This document shows positions 1 through 9,424 of a DNA stretch of 64,000 nt, piece by piece. The position numbers and the translations under genes were made by a program. The notes beneath the pieces are model-generated. The model was not told where the DNA came from, made no database searches, and saw only the letters and a program-made list of their open reading frames with translations. Within the stretch, counting starts at the first letter, position 1, and each line of letters begins with the position of its first letter. The stretch is from Rhynchopus sp. YZ270_cl-10 (Eukaryota): contig OZ037844.1 of the NCBI GenBank assembly GCA_964035575.1, positions 1,674,001 through 1,738,000 on the forward strand, given 5' to 3'.

Positions 1-101
1 TTTTGTACATGTACTGAGGTTACTGATAATTCGTGTGTCTGGTGCAAATATCAATGAAGTTGAACTCCGCAGTTGGATACCCGAGGAATTCTCACATTCC
101 G
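1..101. repeat. Interspersed repeat fragment; inverted copy at 34403-34504
   Basis: The reverse complement of 1-101 aligns to 34403-34504 with only a few substitutions. Confidence 0.85.
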
Positions 102-689
102 CCGGGGCCCCGAATTTGAGCTGGGCCGGGCTCGACCGAGTTTTGAACCTAGCGTTTTTATTATTTTTTTTTATTTGCAAAAAAGTGGTAGTGCATGGCA
201 CTAGCTTTTTTATTTTTTTGGAAATCTCAGGGACTACGCTGGGACCCACTATCAGGGGTGAATTTTTTTTGCCTGAGATTTGCCTTTGCCAAAAATCGAA
301 AAAAAAAATTATGAAGGAAATTGCTAAGAAAAAGTCGAAATTGTAGGCCCCTGTAGTGCATATGGCGGTACCCCAGATCGTCAAAACACCCGACTCTTGC
401 GTTTTTTTGCACTTTTTGGTGCACAAAAACCCTACTCAGGGGTCAAAATTTTCCCGGAAAAAAAAATTTTTTTTTCGAGATTTTTCAAAAATCGACTTGT
501 CTTTGGTAAAAACCACGAAATTTCGGGTTCGCAAAACCACGTTTTAGACCCCCACAGATGCTCAAAAGTGCCAAATTTTGCTTTTAATGGCCTCAAATCG
601 TCGAAATTAGCCCTATATAGGGGCGAAAAAAAAAATTCGAGAGTCCCTTTCCCTGGGAGACAATACCAGAAATCTGAGAAAAAAAAAAA

Positions 690-876
690 ACTGGCCAGAT
701 TTCCAGATCTGGCCAGATCTGGGGGGTTTTTTTTTTTTTTTGAAAAAAAAGATTTTCCCAGATTCCCAAATCTGGCCAGATCTGGCCAGATCTGGAAACA
801 AGATCTCCACATCTGGAAAACGAGCCAGATCTGGGAAATTGGCCCCCAAATCTGGCCAGATCTGGCAGCATCCGTG
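690..876. repeat. Cluster of palindromic CCAGATCTGG decamers, probably the subterminal region of a non-autonomous DNA transposon
   Basis: Many exact or degenerate (GG)CCAGATCTGG units, some in tandem. No partner end was found. Confidence 0.55.
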
Positions 877-881
877 AATTA

Positions 882-1183
882 GGGCTTAGTTATTTTTTTT
901 TTTGGTACGCGTCCGCGCGCGCTCAAATTTTTGGAAATCCAAAAATAAAAAAAAATATGCCGGTGTGGTGTGCATGGAAAAGTATAAAAAAAAAGTTGGA
1001 AAATTTCAACAATTTTTTTTTCGAATATTTTTTTTTCGAAATATTTTTTTTTGGGCACAACATTGATTTTGCAGGCCAAAACAAGTTATTTTTTTTTTGG
1101 TATTTTATTTTTTTTTGCGCGCGCGCGCTCAAAATTTGAGGGGGGTCCCGGACGCGTACCAAAAAAAAAAAATAACTAAGCCC
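882..1183. mobile_element. PIF/Harbinger (Tourist-like) MITE
   Basis: TIR GGGCTTAGTTA(T)nGGTACGCGTCCG at 882-915 with its complement at 1149-1183. TTA target duplication at 879-881 and 1184-1186. Confidence 0.85.
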
Positions 1184-1186
1184 TTA

Positions 1187-1744
1187 CTGTAAAATCGTTT
1201 AATTTGTCACAATTTAATTAACTGATTTGAAATATCAGTCATAAATAAACTTTGTCACCCTAATAATATGTGTCACATTAAATGATGATTTAATTTATGT
1301 TTATGGTTATTTTGTGTCTACTTTTTAAAGTACAGCCTTGAGTGATACTTTCTGTATTAGCACTGCAACCTATCCTCAGTAGACAGCAGATCCCCGTAGG
1401 GACGGAAGCGGCCGCGGCCGCTCACATACGAAGCCTTCCCGATATCAGCCAGCGGGAAAGCGTTGCTTCCTGTGACGCTGCAAACCCGTAAACCCGCAAA
1501 GAGGGTTTACCCGCAGACCAAGGGGGTTCTGCTCCGCAGAACCCCCTTGGTCTGCAGCGTCTTTTCTCAAAACCAACAACCTGAACACCTTCTCCACTGC
1601 AGTATCAGAACCAGCTCCCCGTCTGTGGTCCCAAAACATAATTAAATCATCATAATAATGTGTCACTTATATAATTTGTCATTTTGTCATCATTTTTGCT
1701 ATTCTGTCACATTATTGTAGGTGACAAATTAAACGATTTTACAG
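1187..1744. mobile_element. Tc1/mariner-type MITE
   Basis: Perfect 24-bp TIR CTGTAAAATCGTTTAATTTGTCAC at 1187-1210 and 1721-1744, flanked by TA on both sides. Subterminal TGTCAC repeats. Confidence 0.85.
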
Positions 1745-2852
1745 TACCAAAAAAAACCAAAAATGACAACTGCGAAAAAAGCAAACCCCTTCAATCAGTC
1801 TACACTCATACCAAAGTTTCAAAAAGAACAATTTAAAACCGTTTTTTGGTAACATCCCCGCAGTCAGCCCATGGTATATCTATCTCTGCCACACCTTTGA
1901 ACAGAGGTATCAGATTGCATCCCCTCTTTTTTCTGCCCCTTTTTCCATATTTTTCAAAGCTAGTTTTTTTTCCCCCTCTCCCGTTCTTTCCTCCACAGAA
2001 AAAAAAAAAACATTGCACGCCAGAAAACGCCCAATAACGAAGTTTTCGAAGCACTTTCGTAAATTCAACCTCGTCTTTTGTCCCCTCCCTACCTCTACCA
2101 TGATCTAGGGCCTTTCAAAGGAACCCTTCTCTTTTTTTCACTTTTTGGTTTTGTTTTTTTGGCTGATGTATCGCTGCTAAATCTCTGTGATCTGTTTTTT
2201 TTTTTTCAGGCTCATTTTCCTTTCGGAAGTTTTTCCCCTCAGTGTTGAAGTGTTGAGTTTTTTCTTTTGCCCTTTATTTCTGCTCACACATACCCCATTA
2301 TCCCCAAATAGAGGAGATACCATTTGTGCTCAAAGATATTTTTTTTGTTGTCTTCTTGGTTTTGTAATGCAAGAGCCATTTCTCACAAAAAAGAAGGCAA
2401 TCTGTCCCATTGGTACCTCAAGCTTTGTTACGGAAGCGAACGAGACGCTCTCTCAGCACAAAGCAAAAATAAATGTACGGCCTGTAAGTTTCCGTTTTTG
2501 TGCACAGCACAGGTGTTAGAAATTCAGGCCGGTACTTCTAGAGGCGGGGCCCTCCGCTTCCCCGCCCCCCCCACCCGCCCAGACTCTGTCAAGGACCTGT
2601 TGAAGAACGTTTTCTTTCCGAGGTACTGGCAGGGACTGTTAATTGCTGCGATTTTGTTACACCCTTTCTCTTTTGTGCTTTCATATTCTGTGAACCAGGG
2701 GACATTGGTAGTTGAGATTTTGAAAAAAAAGCCAGTGTGAGCCAAAAAAGCCGGTGTGAGGCAATTTTTTTTTCCCCACGCATTTTTGGCAGAGACCTCC
2801 ACAACTCTTTCCCCTCCGCGCCCTTGTCTAACCATATGACATCAAAACTTTT

Positions 2853-3018
2853 CTGGCGAAGCCACGGTACGCAACATTTCAAAAATTGTGACATAAAATC
2901 GCACGCTTTTATAGCCAAACTATGGTAAAGGTAGCTGTGACTATGGCATAGGGTAGAGCTGTGGGCTACCGCTCGTCATTTTTAGCTGCGCCGCAGGCGC
3001 ACGGTACGCTACTTTTTT
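2853..3018 (+). repeat. Interspersed repeat with GCCACGGTACGCAACATTT and GCGCCGCAGGCGC motifs
   Basis: Related copies at 30027-30290 (reverse strand) and 34533-34687. Confidence 0.75.
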
Positions 3019-6000
3019 ATGAGAGTTGCGAACATCTATTTCTTTTGATTGAACGGACCGATTGGTCTTTATGGTGGGGTCACATGCACATAAGAAACCG
3101 CTACAGATGTGGTTGTAGCCTTATATGAGGAGATAAAATTCAGAAAACTTTTTCTTTTTTTTTTTTTTTTTTTTTCTCAAAATCCCACACCGGCTTAGCC
3201 GGTGTGGCCACACCGGCACACCGGCATACTAATGTCCCCTGCTGTGAACTGAAAGTATATGAATCTAATCTTTTTTTTCTCTTTCCCCCCTTTGAGAAAT
3301 AGCCCAAAGACCACCTGATTTTTACCCCGCGTATAGTCGTGTACAGGCCCGTATAGGCCAAACCCCACCCATTTTTCCCAGCCTTTACGCGCAAAACGCG
3401 CCAAATCGCGGGGTAATAATCAGGTGAAAAGAGCACCTTTTCGATTTTGATAATATTTTCCCCCAAAACCGCTGTCTCTTTTTGTTTTGTTTGTTTTTAA
3501 CGCACACTACTTTAGCGGAAAGTGTCACATCGTTCGCCCCAACCGTGCCCCCGCAACACCACCCAACAAGAGGTAGTGTGTGGCAGCGGCAACGCAATCA
3601 AACAACTACAAGAAAGGGTGAAGGGAACGACAATGTGACACTTTTTGTTTTGGGAAGGCCCATTTTGAATCCATGTTACAATGTTGCTTGAAACAGGGGG
3701 TCCAGACCCACAGAAATTCCCCCCTTTTATTTTCTCTTCAATCCCAGAAAGAACGTATTTGAACAAACGAAGCTCATATTGTCTTTGAAAGAAGCGTGCG
3801 TGACTGTTAGTACTGACAAAACCCCCCCTCCACTGTAGCTTTTTAGTCCACTTTAGCCCCCTTCCCTTGACACCAACACCCTCTCGCTCTCATGAGGGGT
3901 GTCACCTTCTGTTTTCGTTTTTTTCGTTTTTTTTTTAATTTCTTGCTACCAGTCAAGGGAAGGTGATGGGTATATTCTGGTCCTCTGTCACGAGAGGGCT
4001 TTTGTATTTCAAGTCAATTTTTTTTATAGTACTGAATAGGGCATAACGAAACAACAGATGATGTGGGGAGTTTCATTATTGTTCATTATTGCTCGACTCG
4101 AAAAAGCATCGTGCCATTCCATGCTCTGAGGAAGCCACTACTCAGAGATACGATTTCCCTAGGCCGAAAGGCTGGAAGTCGCTTCCCAAAAAAAGGTAGC
4201 ATTTTGGCGAAGGAAGCAAAAAAACGCAGTATTTTCATTGAAAAGAAGGGACTTTATGAAAAGGAAAGAAAATACACACACGTTGTCCCAGCCATGCATG
4301 CGCTAAGTTGGATTGGGATGGGAGGTCTGAAAGATCTTTGTATGTTAAATGCATTTGGGATTTCGAAGAAAAAAATAATCGCCAAAAAAATCTTAGCCTT
4401 GCCGAGTGTTGCATGGTTCCAGCAACGTTTTTTTTTCCCCTACTTTTTTCTCTCTCTTTTTTTTGAAAATTTGTGGCAGGAATGCGCACAGAGTGGTACG
4501 TTGTATCTGCCTCAGTTTCTTTTATTGATTAGGTGACGTGCCAACCTTGCTTTTTTTAAAATGCCTTCCTTCACTCCCACGTAGGTGGACAGCTTCTCTC
4601 CTTTTCTCCCCGACGTTCTCTCTTGAATGACCAGACCAAAGTATCCACCCCTTTGGTGACTGAGCATGCAAGGCTCAGATTCACCCAACCTTTTTTCTCT
4701 TTCCCCCCTCCCCTCAATTCTTGTGTTGTTCTTTACGCAGAGAAAAAAACTGTGTTTTTTGGGCAAAATGAAAGCATAATACAGTAAGACAACAAACACC
4801 GGTGGGGTAGGAACATAGGTGGGGTAAAAACACCGGAGGGGTAAAAACTAAGGTGGATTTTTGGGATTTCAAAACTCTAAGGAGGGTTCGTACCCCCTCC
4901 GATGTTTGTTGTCTTACTGTATATCCTACCCCCGCTTTGCTTATGATTCATTCGTACTCCCAGCATCTTTTGCGCTTGGTGCAACGTTGTGCCCGACCCC
5001 CATTCACACCAGCTTTTCTTTTGATAGGGTAAGTGTGATTGCGATATTGTATGAGATTAAATGTTCATCTACTCAGATGTTACCGTAAATGTAAATATAT
5101 TGGACCACAATAATGTTGGGACGAACGACCGTTTTTGGGCAGTTTCAACATTATTACGTTCCAACATATTTACATTTACGGTATGTGCACCAGAGGGACC
5201 TTTCATCGCTTTGTGGTGAAGCATGTGGAACCTTAGTGTGCATTGAGTTTTAGTGTAATTCAGGCTGCAGGGTACACTTTGTGCTTTCATTCGGATGGCC
5301 GGCATCGTACGGTCAGTCGGAGGTGTGCCTGCATCAACTACAGTTTCAGTGAATAGGAGAATTTTGTTTTTGTTTTTGTTTTTGTTTTTGCTTTTGCTCT
5401 GTTTCAAGGCGTTGTTGTGGCGTGATGCGCACTTCACCTTTACCCATTCGTGACGAAGCACAGAGGTTAGGTCATATTACAAAAAGCCCCCCTCCGATTT
5501 TGTTGTAGCTCTGCCCAGCTGGTGTATGTTAGTTGGGTTCTGCTCCACCTTTTCTTAGGTACCCCCCCCCCTAAGACCCTCATTGGTCCCTCAAAGCGAG
5601 ATAACGCAAGAAATAAGAGCGTTTTTTTCTTTGTGGGGAAAAAACCACTTTTTAGTAATAAAGCCTTCGCACTTATAAGTGTATACAAAGGCCGACATTG
5701 AGTACAGATCTTTACCAGCAGGTGTAAAGTGATTTGTCCAGAATACAATAATCAAAATGTACCACCAAAGGATTTTTTTATTTCATTGTATTTTGAGTTG
5801 CCCCTTGAGGGCACATCCATCTGCAACAGATGCCAACTACATCATCCACTGTTTCAGAAGAAAAAAAATCGTGACAGAAAAGTGAAAAAAAAAATGTGAG
5901 AAAATCCCCCCTCTAAAAAAACACCTTCAATTTTTCCTTCTCCTTTCCTCCTCCCCTCAACTCCCTTCCCCCCTCCTTCTCCTCACCCTCAATAGACACA

Positions 6001-6076
6001 TTTCCCCCTCTCTCTGATTTTCAGCCGCTTTTTTTTCTACATTTCTTCCTTCATTTACACATTTTTTTAATTTTTA

Positions 6077-6976
6077 ATGAAAAGCGATGATGACGACGCT
6101 CTATGGTGGCAACCACGTGACCCCGACACCGGCCAGGTCATCAACCCTGAGACAACCCTCTTCATCGCAAACCAAATCGTAGAGTCCGGGACCGACCCTT
6201 CTCTCGACATATCCTACCGCCTTATCGGCCATGAGGGGATGGCCGCCATTAGCCGCAAGCTTCATTTAAACCGCACACTCACAAGCATCGACCTCTCCTG
6301 CAATCTGTTGGAATGCCACGGCGCTGTTCTGTTCTTTGGGTCCATCGCGAAGCACCCTTTTCTTGCTAAGGTTAACTGCGATGGTAACATGGTAGGAGCG
6401 GAAGGAGCCCAGGCATTTGCCAAATGTCTCGAAACCAACACAGCATTGGAGAAGGTTTCCCTCTTTCATAATGACCTACGAGATGAAGGGGCAACAAGCA
6501 TTGCAGACGCGCTGAAGGTGAACACAACACTCCTTGCACTCAATCTTCGTGAAAACTGCATTACCGATGTAGGGGTACGCAAGCTCACAGCCTCCATCGA
6601 CCCTGAAGTCAACCCAACCCTCCACACCCTCTGGATCAAAAACACTGCCCCACAAATCCAACCATCCCCGGAGCTCATCACCCCTCTGCCAGACTCTCTC
6701 ATGCCAAAGGTGGGCCTGCTCTATCAGGAGTATGGGTTGCACTACAACACCATTTCCGCAGCAGTGTATAACGCGCTAGAGAAAGTGTTGGTCTCGAAGA
6801 ACCCTGTAAACAACCAGCCGCCAGACCAAGGAGGTAAAAAGAAAGAAAAGAAGCGTGCGAAGGATCCAAGAGAGGAGTTGCGGAAGAAGTCGTTCTGGAC
6901 GCCGCCTGCGTCGCCGGAGTTGGCGGAAGTGGATGACAAAGAGAAGGAGACGAAGGTGAAGAAGAAAAAACGGTGA
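6077..6976 (+). CDS. Ribonuclease-inhibitor-like leucine-rich repeat protein with Lys-rich C-terminus
   Basis: 299-aa ATG ORF with ~28-aa LRRs (NTTLLALNLRENCITDVG, NTALEKVSLFHNDLRDEG) and an upstream polypyrimidine tract. Confidence 0.85.
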   Translation: MKSDDDDALWWQPRDPDTGQVINPETTLFIANQIVESGTDPSLDISYRLIGHEGMAAISRKLHLNRTLTSIDLSCNLLECHGAVLFFGSIAKHPFLAKVNCDGNMVGAEGAQAFAKCLETNTALEKVSLFHNDLRDEGATSIADALKVNTTLLALNLRENCITDVGVRKLTASIDPEVNPTLHTLWIKNTAPQIQPSPELITPLPDSLMPKVGLLYQEYGLHYNTISAAVYNALEKVLVSKNPVNNQPPDQGGKKKEKKRAKDPREELRKKSFWTPPASPELAEVDDKEKETKVKKKKR

Positions 6977-7216
6977 AGGGGTTTTAAAAAAAAATTGTGT
7001 TTCCCTTTTTTTTTTTTTGGTGACAGTAAAGGCTTAGGTTCATCTTACGTTTTTCCCCCAAGAGATGCAAATATCTTTTTTTTACAAAAATAATCTGCGT
7101 CCACAAACCTAACCTCAAAAGGGACTTCTTCGCCGGCCATTTTTTTTCAGATTATTCAACAGCCCCCCACCACCCTAGCCTGGGCCCCACCACCCCCCCT
7201 TTTTTGTTTGTTCTTT

Positions 7217-7762
7217 CCCTCTCCCTCTCCCCCCTCTCCCCCCTCTCCCCCCTCTCCCCCCTCTCCCCCCTCTCCCCCCTCTCCCCCCTCTCCCTCTCCC
7301 CCCTCTCCCCCCTCTCCCCCCTCTCCCCCCTCTCCCCCCTCTCCCCCCTCTCCCCCCTCTCCCCCCTCTCCCCCCTCTCCCCCCTCTCCCTCTCCCCCCT
7401 CTCCCCCCTCTCCCCCCTCTCCCCCCTCTCCCCCCTCTCCCTCTCCCCCCTCTCCCCCCTCTCCCCCCTCTCCCCCCTCTCCCCCCTCTCCCCCCTCTCC
7501 CCCCTCTCCCTCTCCCCCCTCTCCCCCCTCTCCCCCCTCTCCCCCCTCTCCCCCCTCTCCCCCCTCTCCCCCCTCTCCCCCCTCTCCCCCCTCTCCCTCT
7601 CCCCCCTCTCCCCCCTCTCCCCCCTCTCCCCCCTCTCCCTCTCCCCCCTCTCCCCCCTCTCCCCCCTCTCCCCCCTCTCCCCCCTCTCCCCCCTCTCCCC
7701 CCTCTCCCCCCTCTCCCCCCTCTCCCCCCTCTCCCCCCTCTCCCTCTCCCCCCTCTCCCCCC
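7217..7762. repeat. (TCTCCCCCC)n homopyrimidine microsatellite, block 1
   Basis: 9-nt unit with interspersed TCTCCC units. Further blocks at 13066-13752, 14038-14110, 19539-19832 and 20231-20545. Confidence 0.97.
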
Positions 7763-8170
7763 TGAAACACGCTTTAGCGGAGCAGCTTCGCTGCGTGTTG
7801 GGAGATCTTTGATAGAGACTACCGTCCTTTTGATTTGACATGGCACGCACACTGCTATTTGGCAGAATATTTATTTGATTTTCCTCAGGCTTTGTCCTGG
7901 TTGGCCGGGGTCCGTTTATGTTTCAGTCTCTACCCTCACCAAATCACCACACCATCTTCATCAGATTTTTTGTTGGAATTTGTTTTGGGTTGTTTCGGCT
8001 TCCACATTCGCCCCCCTCATCTTTTTGTTCCCCCACACACGATTCTTCGCTTCGCATCCATCTTCTCGTCCCCTTCCAAGCCACCTAGACGTCTCGGTAG
8101 TGTGCAGCCTGCTGGGACATATACACCACCTTCGACTCCGCCTTCTCCACCCAGTGCACCCCTCGACGCT

Positions 8171-9424
8171 ATGGCCACAGCACACATCACCGATTGTGCT
8201 ACGCTGTTGGCGGCGTTCGAGGCGCAGACGACGAGCCAGCACGACTGGTCGCCTCCGGATGCGGCCCTGCGTGCGCTGGGCGTGGAAGAGGGCTCCCCTG
8301 CGCTGGTGGGACGCAAGATCCAGTTCGCGGATCTGGCGCGGACGATGCGGGCCCTGGATAAGGAAGTCGCCCGCCACACCGGCGTCCAGGGGCCAGGGCA
8401 GGTGACGCGGTTGGCGATTGTGTCCGCCATCCTCGTCCTCCTCAAGGCGGAGGTGACGGAGGCGAACAGCGCGATGTTCTCAGAGGGCCAGCGCATGTCC
8501 CTCACGCGCCTGGTCGGCACCCTCACGGTGCTGTCCACGGTGCTGGGGGACCCCGAGACCCGGTCCCGCCTCAGCGGTTCCCGCCCCCCCGCCACCACCG
8601 CCGAGACGCCGGTTTTGCCTCAACGTGAGGACAGCCCGGAGGCGTCCATCCCGCGCGAGCAGCAGCCGCAGCAGCCGCAGCAGACGCAGCCGGCGGCGGA
8701 CAACGCGCGGATCGCGCAGCTGGAGGCTGCGATGATGGAGTTGGCGGCAGCGAAGCGGGAGGGGGACGCGCGGCACGAGCTCCTGTGCCAGCAGCTCAAC
8801 GCGGTCAGGGACGGTGGTGCGCCTCCTCCGGCAGCTGCAGCATCGGACTTCCTGGCGCAGTTACGGGCGGCGATCGGCACCGGGGCAGCGGCGCCTATGC
8901 AGGTGGAACAGCCGGTTATGGGGACGGACGTGGACGTGGTGGCACGCAACCCGAGACACTGGGTGGATTTTTGCGCCGACGCCGACCACTGCGCCGACGC
9001 TCTGGTGCAGGCCCTGAAGAGGCGCCTGCCTACCGAGGCCGGCGACGCGCAGGACGGGGCCCGCTTCGCCGTTGATGTGGTGGGTCTGTTGCTGCAGCAA
9101 GCTCCCTTGGAGGCGGTGCTGAGAAAGCTCGATGACAGTATCTCCTTCTGGCAGTTGAGGGCGAGTTGTGGGAGGTCGGGTGCGGTCGCCTTCCGCGACA
9201 AGGTCTGGACGGCGGATGTCGTGCCGAAGGACCGGCAGGCGGCGGTGGCGGCGGCGCACGCAGCAGGGCGTGGTGCGAAGTCCGGGCACGGGGGTGGCCG
9301 GGCCGGGCAGGCGTACGGGGGTGGCAACGGGGGGGGCCAGGCCGCGCAGCCGTACGCGCCGGGAAACGGTGGTGGCAGAGGCCGAGGCGGGGGAGGGCAT
9401 TGGCGCGGTGGTCAACGCAAGTGA
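8171..9424 (+). CDS. Gag-like ORF1 of YR element 1
   Basis: First ATG after repeat A1. Coiled-coil region and Gly/Arg-rich tail; homologous to 14489-15910 (DVVARNPRHW vs DVARDPLRW; ISFWQLR vs LSFWELR). Confidence 0.8.
   Translation: MATAHITDCATLLAAFEAQTTSQHDWSPPDAALRALGVEEGSPALVGRKIQFADLARTMRALDKEVARHTGVQGPGQVTRLAIVSAILVLLKAEVTEANSAMFSEGQRMSLTRLVGTLTVLSTVLGDPETRSRLSGSRPPATTAETPVLPQREDSPEASIPREQQPQQPQQTQPAADNARIAQLEAAMMELAAAKREGDARHELLCQQLNAVRDGGAPPPAAAASDFLAQLRAAIGTGAAAPMQVEQPVMGTDVDVVARNPRHWVDFCADADHCADALVQALKRRLPTEAGDAQDGARFAVDVVGLLLQQAPLEAVLRKLDDSISFWQLRASCGRSGAVAFRDKVWTADVVPKDRQAAVAAAHAAGRGAKSGHGGGRAGQAYGGGNGGGQAAQPYAPGNGGGRGRGGGGHWRGGQRK

Noticed and set aside
35..5748. Many short Phe/Lys-rich ORFs
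   Set aside because: They arise from poly(A)/poly(T)-rich intergenic and MITE sequence and show no domains or coding bias.
7152..7852. Long GER/RGG/SPP/PPL ORFs here and at 12.8-14.2 kb and 19.2-20.7 kb
   Set aside because: They are translations of the stop-free 9-nt microsatellite. The NOT1 ORF extension 19916-20581 is the same artefact.
7920..8000. Hammerhead ribozyme (CTGATGA and GAAAC on the minus strand of repeat A)
   Set aside because: Stems I-III could not be formed around the core in any family.
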